Positions 10,550 through 19,860 of a DNA stretch of 20,000 nt are shown in pieces (within the stretch, counting starts at the first letter, position 1; every line of letters starts with the position of its first letter). This DNA is from Neophaeotheca triangularis (taxonomy: Eukaryota). The translations under genes were made by a program, and so were the position numbers. A model generated the notes under the pieces. It was not told where the DNA came from. It searched no databases and saw only the letters and a program-made list of their open reading frames with translations. The stretch lies in NCBI GenBank assembly GCA_054600435.1, contig BAAIJX010000002.1, forward strand, positions 929,912-949,911. Reading direction: 5' to 3'.

Positions 10550-11795
10550 GTTGGCTGGCGGTTTTGTTGGAGTGGGTGTTGAGACCTCAAGGGGGGGGAA
10601 GATGTTAGATGGAGAGGGTAGCTTGAGGGTGAGTGGAATAGTGTCTTACTGTTGGGTTTCTGTTTGTTTCTCTTAATCAATCGGCGCTTTTGCTTTTTCG
10701 TTAAGGATGGATGTTTGTAGAGGTAGGGTAGGTGTTCTCGTGAATATATGTCCGCTCCCCTATCCTACCTTACCCCACCTCTGACACAGCTACAGCCCAC
10801 CCTCGGTGATAGATACCTTACAACCGAGACAACCCCGCCGTCAGGCATATGTTCAGCTTTATGCACCTCGTCGAGATACCGCTATTGCTGTATAATAATG
10901 ACCCCGCCGACTCTACCTACCGTACCTAGGTACTAACTGTTTTGCACGCAAGGCGAGATAAAAATGATTGATTTAACGAAGAGCTAACTACTTGCTATCT
11001 AGATTAGTAGAGATATATGTGTACAGATATGCCTTAGGCATAAGTTGCCTCTATTACAAGTCCTCCTAACTTAGTTGTAACATTCTAGGCTCTAATAGGT
11101 AAGCATATGTATAGATAGAGGACTCCCCTAACCTTTCTTAATAGAAGGAACCCTCCGCATCCTATACCTTAAGATAGTTACCTACTTCTTGTCTAGTCTG
11201 AAAGCGGATATGAACCTGGGTTTGCTACAGTACGGATATCGTTCGAGGAAATGAATGGCATGATTAGGGCATGGAGTATTGGCGAGGGAAGTATTGAAGA
11301 GGGCCTTGAGGAAGGTGCCCCAGCGTACTGAAAATGATTATTCACACTGAATAATAAGGTAGTCATATATATAGAAGAATCGCGGGATTGGGGTAGAGAC
11401 TTACGCACGGCTCCATCCTCCCGGAATGAGAACGCTAAGTCAGTCGCGAGCGGTAGGAATACGTAAGAAAGTTGTCCTCTTTCTTTCAAGAGGAACCTTA
11501 GACCAAGGATGAGCTCTACATAGGAAGTATCGCTAGCTACATATACAGGAGATTCGTGTGTCTCGACTGTCTCGCCTTCGAGATAGTCGATTGCTGCTCA
11601 CCGTCTCAAGTTGTCGACCTTAGTCGACCTTCGTCGATGCGAGTCGGGCGAGACAGGGCACGGCAGAAGGACTTCGGCCGAACTGTGGTTAGGATGCAGC
11701 TCGACAAATTTCTGTTGAGACGCTGCGTTCGTTGACTTAGCACATAGCACTTCCTTACCAACTAATGAAACCCTGCGTCCGGAGATCCAGTAACA

Positions 11796-12728
11796 TCATA
11801 CCCCTCGCTCAGTCGCTATCTGCGCAAGACGCTTTGCTATAAACAGGTCTTGAAGCGAGATGCCGGAGCTATCGAACATAGTGACCTGCTCTTTGCTCTC
11901 TCTCCCAGGCTGGGTACCCTGAAGGACGTTGCCAATGGCACACATCTCAGCAGAAGCTGGAGCGTGCTGAAACTCTCCAATGGCTCGGGACTGCGATGGC
12001 AGATCGCAAAACAGCTGCGCACGCGCGAACAGGGCCGCTGGGATTTCCTGCTTTCCTTTCGAGTCCGCCCCCATGCAGGATACGTGCGTACCAGGTTTGA
12101 TCCAGTCGGCTTCAAAAAGTGGTGCCCGAGCTGGAGTTGCAGTTACGACGACATGGGCGTCTAAGCAGGCTTGTTTTGCGTCTGAAGCAACAGTGGCAGA
12201 AATATTATAGCTCTCCAACTTGGCCACCATTTCCTGACCCTTGGTTGAGTTGCGGGCCACGATTTCCACCTTCCTAATGGGCAAGACACGCGATAAAGCG
12301 ACGCATTCAAACAGCGCTTGGTGTCCTGCTCCGAAGACGACCAGATTTGAGGCGTCAGGGCGGGCAAGCACGGAGGCAGCAATAGCATCAGCAGCTGCGG
12401 TACGGTAGGCATTCACCTCTCCGGCTTCGATGACGGTCGAGATTTTCCCATTCGCCTGGTTGATTAAGAGAATGGTAGAGTTGTGATTAGGGTCGCCCCG
12501 GGAAATATTGTCTGGCCAGTACGAGCCAACTTTGAGGCCAGAGACAGTCGAAGTCGTTCCAGATTTGACAGTGAAGACGTTAGCCGGCTGAGCAGCGTGC
12601 GCAATAACGGCCGGAAATACGGTGGACGTTTCATCAACCGCAGCGGCGATGAAAGCTTCTTTGACCGCATCAAACGCGATGCTGTGACTAATGAGAAGCC
12701 GTGACTCTTCCTCTGAAATGTATTTCAT
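11796..12728 (-). CDS. Ornithine cyclodeaminase/mu-crystallin family NAD(P)-dependent enzyme (imine/ketimine reductase-like), 310 aa, intronless, bacterial-like
   Basis: GLKVGSYWPDN...HNSTILL, NAYRTAAADA, Rossmann motif VFGAGHQA, VVVTATPA, PGTHVSCMGADSKGKQE, FDSSGISLQD. Start context atcaacATG. Confidence 0.93.
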   Translation of the reverse strand: MKYISEEESRLLISHSIAFDAVKEAFIAAAVDETSTVFPAVIAHAAQPANVFTVKSGTTSTVSGLKVGSYWPDNISRGDPNHNSTILLINQANGKISTVIEAGEVNAYRTAAADAIAASVLARPDASNLVVFGAGHQALFECVALSRVLPIRKVEIVARNSTKGQEMVAKLESYNISATVASDAKQACLDAHVVVTATPARAPLFEADWIKPGTHVSCMGADSKGKQEIPAALFARAQLFCDLPSQSRAIGEFQHAPASAEMCAIGNVLQGTQPGRESKEQVTMFDSSGISLQDLFIAKRLAQIATERGV

Positions 12729-13263
12729 GTTGATGGTGTATCGTAGACAGATGGAGGAATGTACGTTAAGATATGTAAGTTAGATGAATGAGGTCGGGTA
12801 CCCTTGACCCGACGCGTGCAAAACTTTTTCGCCCGACTATGTAGCTAAGGACCGGGGTGGGGTAATCTCATCGTCCGATGGGGTCTTCGCTATATAAGAA
12901 CGGGGATATTATTGTATACTACTGTACGAAGTCGTAGCAAAAGTTGGGTCTACACCTATCGATAACTACTTGGACTATATGCTGCTTAGGACGACGTTGG
13001 AAATAGCGCTATCCAAGCTATGAAGGAACTACTGACTGCTACATTATCTAGGAAGTCCCCTTGACTTGATCTGAATACTCATCCAGCGGTGGGCTTTCTG
13101 AGGGGACCAGGGAAGACCTTGGCTGGTAGGGCGACTCATTGAATGAGATTTCATCGTGCTGCTAGAGCATATGCTGAGAGAGGGTTTTCCAACAGACTCA
13201 ACTCGGTGTAAATAAAAGACTGATGAAGAACTATACCAGACAGCGGGATGAGAGAACTGGATG

Positions 13264-14260
13264 TCAACGTCGCGATATGCAACAGGACAGCAGCCTAGAC
13301 GTCGTGTAACGGTACGACGCTCCCTGAAAAATCATCACTCGCCACAATGCCTCCCTATTGCCTACCCGAGGAATGACCACAAAAAGAAAGACAAACTCTC
13401 GCACATGAACGCACGCTATCAACTCAAACCGTACCAACGACAAACGATCCACTGTCGGATCGCCGGCGGGCAAATAGCCAGACTTCTTTTCGAGTTCGGA
13501 GTTGACAGCTCCCTTCGAAAGAACAATTCTATATTCCGGGACCTTGGGCTCTGTCCACTTGCGCCAGTGCTGCAATGTCCACGGCGAAGGCAGCTCATTG
13601 ACTATCACTCGATCGACCCGTTCCTCCTTCACTGCCTTATACCGCATTCAAGAAGAACAGGAACTTATGATTGTGGATAAGCGGACGGTGCGAAAGTGAG
13701 GGAAGACAGAATTCTTCATTAGCGGCAGGACGTGGTCTTGGAAGAAGTGCAGCTGGTCTCGGATCTCTGTGTCTTCGTGGCACAGCTGCTGTACGTTGCT
13801 ACAGCTGACCACGAGGAGCGCAATCTCGGCGGCTGATGAGCCTTGTCGTAGCCGGTCTACGAGAAACTGCCGCCTTCCGATTTCGAGATCGAGGCGTCGT
13901 ACCTGAGCATTCATGCGAAAGACGAAGAGCGAATCGTCATAGTGCAGTTTCGTCCAGGCCACATCTAGAGCTGGCGTTAAAAGGAAGATCTTTTCGATGT
14001 TGTAGAAAAGGTGCGGTTTATCCGTCAATGACCTGAGGAGCAAACTGAGTCGCCCGCGTCTCGAGCGGACGCCGACAGTGCGATACAATATAGTTTGCGA
14101 CATGCGGTCGAACGATCGGCTCGCGGCGGAAACCGATCGAAGAGTTGCGGAGTATGAGTCGGCTTGTGGGTCTATTCGAGGTGTTGGACTGGGCATGAGT
14201 CTTGAGATACTCAAATATTTCTAGTCAAAGCTCTTCCGGCAGTAGTCCCGGTAACCGCAC
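13264..14260 (-). pseudogene. Decayed fungal F-box domain gene (two in-frame stops and one frameshift)
   Basis: The minus strand reads LPGLLPEEL*LEIFEYL (TGA at 14227-14225). A 1-nt frame change leads to ATLRSVSAASRSFDRMSQTILYRTV...LLLRSLTDKPHL (ORF 13648-14214). After TGA at 13650-13648 the same frame continues as ORF 13264-13647. Confidence 0.6.
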
Positions 14261-14445
14261 GTTCTCGACCGGCCACGATTACGAGGTTTGGATTGCAGGG
14301 GCAGGGTCGACGGCTAAAGAAGGAACGAAGAGTGGGGGTAGATTCTGAGAATTCAGAGCGCTTGTATGGAAACCTCCTACGTGGGCGCGAAGGTCGGGTC
14401 TGATTCACTTTGCCGAACGTCAAGCTTTTGCACGTAACAAGACAG

Positions 14446-14772
14446 TTAAGGCTTGATTGATAGTAAATTTATCGGACAAACCAACTTCGCAGGTGACTGG
14501 CCGTAGATGCTTGGCGCGTGGAAAAGAAACGGCTGCACCAGTTTGTTGAAGGTTTTGCTGACCCTCGAGCAGGTCAAAATGTTACGCAATTTGAGGCGAT
14601 CCGAGAGAAGAGTTACTTCCGCCATCTCTCGAGGCGCCTTAAGTGATAGGTGAGATGAGATGTTCGCCAGGACGCCTTCCGGAAGCCTAACGAAGCTGTT
14701 GTCGTGGCTATCGGAGGTCGCCATTCCCGGGCAAGATCTGGATGGCGGAGGGATCGAAGTCGGTCCATACAT
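14446..14772 (-). pseudogene. Truncated F-box-like ORF (gene remnant or first exon)
   Basis: SFVRLPEGVLANISSHL...LRNILTCSRVSKTFNKLVQPFLFHAP is a typical fungal F-box plus the following helix. ATG candidates are at 14772 and 14724. The ORF stops soon after the domain. Confidence 0.55.
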
Positions 14773-15421
14773 GGTTGGGACGGCGATCTTGATTATGTAC
14801 TCTGCGGTCGACCGTGTCGTCAGGAGAGCGACCGACGCTGGTCGGGTACGTGTTTTTCGCCGAGCTGAAGTCTGAAGACTCAACGGTAGTAAGCAGCGGC
14901 CGACGTTCAAGTAGGGTAGAAGAAAGTAGGGGTGAAGGCTGGGAAGAGGGAATGTTTACTTGCGCGCTTGATTGAGGGACACGTCCCCAGAAGGGAAAAC
15001 GCGGTGTGAATTTTATGATCATTGTAGGCCGCAAGATCCGAGATCAGGTGCGCCGGTGGAGAAAAGGAAGCAAGAAGAAAGAGCAAGTGGAGCCGCTGTG
15101 TTGGAGATAAAGGCACTGTACGATGCATCAGATCAGGACCAATCCCCTGGTATAGTAGATTGTAGAAACTTTGTACCTCTAGCTGCGCAGGTGTTTAAGA
15201 GACGGGGGGTGGAGTGTTACAGTCGGTTGCCGAGATCGCCTATCTAGGACATCTTTCCGACTGTACCCCAAACGCTAACCCTACCTTATAGTACAGAACG
15301 TACACACGGGAAAAGAAATCACCTCAGGAAGCGTCAAATTCAAGAGTCCCGTTCTCTAAATCACCAAGACAGTCACGTCTACCTGCCACTAGCCTAGCCA
15401 GGTGCGCTCCCCTCTGTCCAA

Positions 15422-16843
15422 TCACTCCTCCCTCCTCACCCATCCCCCGACCCCCAAAATTCCCCCATCCTCCGCCGCAGGATCCATACTCCACTTCTTC
15501 ACCGGCGCAACTTCCCACCCAGATTTCCACCCAGCATTCCACATTTCCACGCCGGCCCAAGCAATCATCAAAGCGTTATCGGTACACAACTCCACAGGTG
15601 GGAAAGCCAACTCCACTTTCTCAAAACCCCGTACGTCCAGCATCGCGCGCAGGACATGGCGTAAATAGCGCGAAGAAGCCACGCCGCCGGAGACGACGAC
15701 GGTCTGCGTGGGAGTAGTGGAAGTGGCGAGGTGCAGCAGAATGCGCGAGGCGAGGTGCTCGTAGGCTACGCGCTGGACTTCGCGCGCCATGGTCTGGCGT
15801 TCTTCGAGAGTGATTGTTTCCGGGGAACGGGGTTCTTTACTTGGAGTGCCGGTAGGGGTTAGGCGGAATCTCATGAAGCGCTCAATGCTTGTGAGTAGGC
15901 CTGCGAAGGAGTAGGCCATGCGTTTGGAGGTTTTGGCGCCGCCTTTGCTGTCGGCGAGGGGTGGACCGAGAGACCAGCCCCAGGGTGTTGGGTGGCGGGT
16001 TAGTTCTTCTTGTCGCCGGGCCGGGGGCGTGTAGTGGTAGTCTGCCGAGCCGTTGGGGAAGGCAAAGTTTTCTAGGGCTTTGCCGTAGGGTGGCTGGAGA
16101 TCTGAGATGGGGAGGATCGCTCGTGCAGCTTTGTCTATGCAATCGCCTATGGCTATGTCTTGAGTTGAGGCTAGAATGGCGTGTTCGGTGAGGCCGGTCG
16201 AGTTGATTAGTAGAGTGTGACCTCCGCTCGCTAGGACTGTGAGAAAGGGGAATTCTGGCTTGAGAGAGCTCGGGTTCCAGTGGTCGGATTGCTCTGACGA
16301 TATCCTTTGCGGTTTAGAGTCAGGCTCTCGGGAAATGACATGACAAAGCCGTGGAGTCAGTGCATGAGCCTGCATGTGATGAACACCTAGTAAGGGCACT
16401 CCCCATGCCAAAGCTAGCCCTTTGGCTGTATCGAGGCCTACAGCCAGATTACTTCTCATGCCTGGGCCTCTGGTTACCGTGACAAAGTCCGGTTTGAACA
16501 CTTCTCCAATGGATGAAGCATGGCTGGCACTCTGTTTCAGTGCTTTTTGTACCAAACCAGCCAGATTCGTCTGATGCGACTCCAGAGCAATCAGGGGGTG
16601 GATGCCATTGTAAGCTTCGCTTTTGGCGGTGATTTTATCATGGAACAGAACTTGTCCTCGGATGTCTTTGCTGCGATTTCCAGATACCCTCAATACGGCT
16701 ACGGAGGTATCATCACACGAGGTTTCAATGGCCAGAGTTTGCTGGTGCCATGCGCGGGTATGTATCAGTGGCGAAAGCCGGCCAATTTGGGGGCTACATG
16801 GTCGTAAGGTTAGCGCTGCTGGCATGCGCAGCGCCGAACGCAT
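15422..16843 (-). CDS. QRI7: Mitochondrial tRNA N6-adenosine threonylcarbamoyltransferase (Kae1/TsaD/Qri7 family)
   Basis: TLAIETSCDDT, VTRGPGM, metal-binding HHMQAH, LASGGHT, DIAIGDCIDK, SFAGL, VVSGGVAS, CTDNALMIAW. The Arg-rich, acid-free N-terminus from M43 (16843) resembles a mitochondrial presequence. The true start may be 16843 or 16825; the ORF-track ATG at 16969 is less likely. Confidence 0.93.
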   Translation of the reverse strand: MRSALRMPAALTLRPCSPQIGRLSPLIHTRAWHQQTLAIETSCDDTSVAVLRVSGNRSKDIRGQVLFHDKITAKSEAYNGIHPLIALESHQTNLAGLVQKALKQSASHASSIGEVFKPDFVTVTRGPGMRSNLAVGLDTAKGLALAWGVPLLGVHHMQAHALTPRLCHVISREPDSKPQRISSEQSDHWNPSSLKPEFPFLTVLASGGHTLLINSTGLTEHAILASTQDIAIGDCIDKAARAILPISDLQPPYGKALENFAFPNGSADYHYTPPARRQEELTRHPTPWGWSLGPPLADSKGGAKTSKRMAYSFAGLLTSIERFMRFRLTPTGTPSKEPRSPETITLEERQTMAREVQRVAYEHLASRILLHLATSTTPTQTVVVSGGVASSRYLRHVLRAMLDVRGFEKVELAFPPVELCTDNALMIAWAGVEMWNAGWKSGWEVAPVKKWSMDPAAEDGGILGVGGWVRREE

Positions 16844-17207
16844 CAAGCATATAGGAAGCCTGAAATCCAAGGTAAGTCGTGGAAAGATTAAGGGTGTGGT
16901 ATTACTTAGGTAGTATGTATTATTGCTGAGGGTCGGTTGGATGGATTGTACCTGCAGGAAGTCGGGCATCCGAAGATGACGCGCGCGTGCGCTTCTTTTG
17001 GGCCCCCACGTTGACCCAAGACCACATGCAACTGGGCATGTACCTTAATGTAGGTACTAGTACTGTAGATATATCTTTGTAACATCCTGCTACCAACACC
17101 ACACTTTCTTACCTCCCTACTGCTCTCCACAATCTATGGACAGTCTTTCTGTCGACTGCGGTACTTGGCGACGATAAAGTACCCGGAAGCGTGCAAGGAC
17201 AGCCAAT
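16844..17207. promoter_or_regulatory. Probable bidirectional promoter between QRI7 and the patatin-like gene
   Basis: Head-to-head genes about 364 bp apart. Contains the palindromes ACGCGCGCGT (16979-16988) and GTACTAGTAC (17055-17064) and a pyrimidine-rich tract near 17100-17130. Confidence 0.55.
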
Positions 17208-19790
17208 ATGGCCGACATCAAAAAGACCACCGACGGCCCTAGCACCGACTCCCCTGAGGCCTGGGACTACCGCACTCTCCCTGACTGGGACGAGGACTTT
17301 GTCAACGAGGACGACTTTCGTACCTTTGCCTCAGCTCTCAGCGCGCCCGACATCTCTCCATCCGAGGAAGACCTACTCAACCCCAAGAGGCAGAGTCCGG
17401 AGTTCATCACAGCCCTCAACGACTGGCGACCCATCCACCAGAATGTCAGAGGCAAGCGGAAAGGGGAAGTTGCAGCCAAGGGCAAGAAAGGGAAGAAGCC
17501 GCGTAGGGGGAAAGACGAGACTCGCGAGGGTTGGTCGTACAGCTTGTTCCGATACCCCATACTGGTGTTCGTGTTAGGGTGTGTTATTGTCGAAGGCGCG
17601 ATATACCTCTTGGTGCGCATGTACATTTACTTGTACGAGCATTACATCACATGGCGGGGGCGGAGGAATCGATTGCGCAAGAATTTGAGCACGCAGACCA
17701 GCTATCAAGATTGGGTCGAGGGAGCGAAAGAGTTGGATCAGCATTTGGGCAACGATCGGTGGAAGGACGAGGATGAATACGCCTATTACAACGACAAGAC
17801 CGTCAGGAAGGCAAGAGATCAAATGAGGCAGCTCCGGAAAGCTGCTGAGAAGGAAGAGGCGAGCAACGACAGTCCATTTGCGCAGAGAGCCATCGACGAC
17901 TTGCGATCTTTGGCGGAAGCTTGCGCGAAAAACAACTTCGCGGGCTACGAAAACCCGAGATTATACTCAGAGACTTACTATGGGACCAAGGAGTTGGTGC
18001 AGTCGTTTGTTGACGAGGTGGCAACCACTCTGCGCTTTCTCCTTGCCAGCAAGCAACTCAACCAGCAGGACAAGCGAAACCTTTCCAAACACGTTAGCAA
18101 TAACTTCGGTCGATCAGCACTCTGTCTCAGCGGTGGGGCTACTTTCGCATACTACCATTTCGGTACTGCCAAAGCTTTACTCGACGCTGACCTACTCCCT
18201 TCAATCATCACCGGAACGTCTGGTGGTGCTTTGGTGGCAGCGCTTCTGGCAACGCGAACAAACGAGGAGTTAAAACGTCTTCTGATCCCCGCGCTGACAT
18301 ATCGAATTAAAGCGTGCCAAGACTCTTTCTTCACTTGGGCACCGCGCTGGTGGCGGACAGGCGCTCGCTTTGATAGTGTTGAGTGGGCGAAGAAGTGCGC
18401 TTGGTTCTCACATGGAAGTCTCACCTTCCTCGAAGCTTACCAGCGCACCGGTAAGATCCTGAACGTCAGCTGTGTACCCTCTGACCCACACAGTCCGACA
18501 ATTTTGGCAAACTACCGCACCGCCCCTGACTGCGTTATCTGGTCCGCAGTACTTGCATCCGCAGCGGTGCCTGGCATCCTCAATCCTGTGACTTTGATGC
18601 GCAAAAACCGCAATGGTCAACTCGAGCCATACTCTTTCGGCCACAAGTGGAAGGACGGTAGCCTGCGTACTGACATTCCCCTCAAAAGCCTCAACACCCA
18701 CTTCAACGTCAACTTCAGCATTGTCTCCCAAGTCAACCCGCACGTCAACCTCTTCTTTTTCAGCTCCCGCGGCTCCGTCGGACGACCAGTCACCCACCGC
18801 CGTGGCCGAGGCTGGCGAGGCGGCTACCTCGGCAGCGCCCTAGAACAATTCCTCAAACTCGATCTCAACAAGTGGCTCAAAGTGCTCCGCCATCTCGAGC
18901 TCCTCCCCCGCTGGCTCGGCCAAGACTGGTCGCAAATCTGGCTCCAAGGCTTCAGCGGCAGCATTACCCTCTGGCCCAAAACCCAGATCTCAGACTTCTA
19001 CTACATCCTCTCCGACCCCACTCCGCCGCGTCTCGCCCGCATGTTACATATGGGCCAACTAGCCGCCTGGCCCAAACTCAAATTCATCGCAAACCGCATG
19101 GCGATCGAAAAAGTCATCGAAAATGCTCGCGAAGCCACTCGGCCACCCGAGCAACCCTTCCCCACTCCCGGCGGCCTCCCTCGCGACTCCCGACTCCACG
19201 GCAGCAGCAAATTCAGCGAAGAAGACCTCCACGCCTTGCTTGAAAAAGCCCGCCACAACGGTGGCAGCGTCGCTCTCGCCAATGACGCTCTCACTCCCAC
19301 TGCCGAGACCACTCCTGCCAGACTTCCTCCGTCTTCTTCCCTCCCAACTAGCGGCCGCGCTTCCCCATCTCTCCCAAAACGCAGCTGGAGCAATTGGTTT
19401 CCCAGCCGCTCTTCAAGCCCTACCGCTACTTTCGACAACTTACGCCCTTCTCTCATGGAAAGACGTTCCAATGGCAGCGGGGCCAGTGGCGGTGGCGGGG
19501 GTGGGCGCGGACTTCTGGAAGCTCACCGCCGTGGCTCGGCCATGGATGAGTTGAAACGACAGAGTTTAGTCTTCTGGGATGATGAGCCGGTTCAGGAGGG
19601 TGAAGAGGCAGAGGGGAGTGAGGTTGGGGATACAGGGACGGAAGGGGAGGGTGATGGGGAGCGGGAGAAGGATGGAGAGAAGGATGTTGCGCCCTATGAT
19701 TCTGAGTCTGAGTCCGAGGACGGGGCGGAGTCTGTCACTTCTGCTAATAGTGGGGTGGAGATTCGAGGGAAAAGGGGAAAAGGCGAGTAG
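17208..19790 (+). CDS. Patatin-like phospholipase / TGL3-4-5-related lipase (DUF3336 plus patatin domain), 860 aa, single exon
   Basis: N-terminal TM helix YPILVFVLGCVIVEGAIYLLV; oxyanion LCLSGGATFAYYH; nucleophile GTSGG; ASAAVPG; catalytic KWKDGSLRTDIP; SIVSQVNPH; disordered acidic C-terminal tail. Confidence 0.95.
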   Translation: MADIKKTTDGPSTDSPEAWDYRTLPDWDEDFVNEDDFRTFASALSAPDISPSEEDLLNPKRQSPEFITALNDWRPIHQNVRGKRKGEVAAKGKKGKKPRRGKDETREGWSYSLFRYPILVFVLGCVIVEGAIYLLVRMYIYLYEHYITWRGRRNRLRKNLSTQTSYQDWVEGAKELDQHLGNDRWKDEDEYAYYNDKTVRKARDQMRQLRKAAEKEEASNDSPFAQRAIDDLRSLAEACAKNNFAGYENPRLYSETYYGTKELVQSFVDEVATTLRFLLASKQLNQQDKRNLSKHVSNNFGRSALCLSGGATFAYYHFGTAKALLDADLLPSIITGTSGGALVAALLATRTNEELKRLLIPALTYRIKACQDSFFTWAPRWWRTGARFDSVEWAKKCAWFSHGSLTFLEAYQRTGKILNVSCVPSDPHSPTILANYRTAPDCVIWSAVLASAAVPGILNPVTLMRKNRNGQLEPYSFGHKWKDGSLRTDIPLKSLNTHFNVNFSIVSQVNPHVNLFFFSSRGSVGRPVTHRRGRGWRGGYLGSALEQFLKLDLNKWLKVLRHLELLPRWLGQDWSQIWLQGFSGSITLWPKTQISDFYYILSDPTPPRLARMLHMGQLAAWPKLKFIANRMAIEKVIENAREATRPPEQPFPTPGGLPRDSRLHGSSKFSEEDLHALLEKARHNGGSVALANDALTPTAETTPARLPPSSSLPTSGRASPSLPKRSWSNWFPSRSSSPTATFDNLRPSLMERRSNGSGASGGGGGGRGLLEAHRRGSAMDELKRQSLVFWDDEPVQEGEEAEGSEVGDTGTEGEGDGEREKDGEKDVAPYDSESESEDGAESVTSANSGVEIRGKRGKGE

Positions 19791-19860
19791 GGAAGGATGA
19801 AAGCGTGCGGCGAAAGGGTCTCGGTTGGTATGGAGAAACAGCACGAGGTCTCGAGAAGAA

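Noticed and set aside
10244..12728. EthD plus OCD as a biosynthetic gene cluster
   Set aside because: No PKS/NRPS, transporter or regulator is in the window, and the two genes differ in composition and are separated by degenerate DNA.
15275..15285. CTAACCCTA telomere-like motif
   Set aside because: About 1.5 units only, which is expected by chance.
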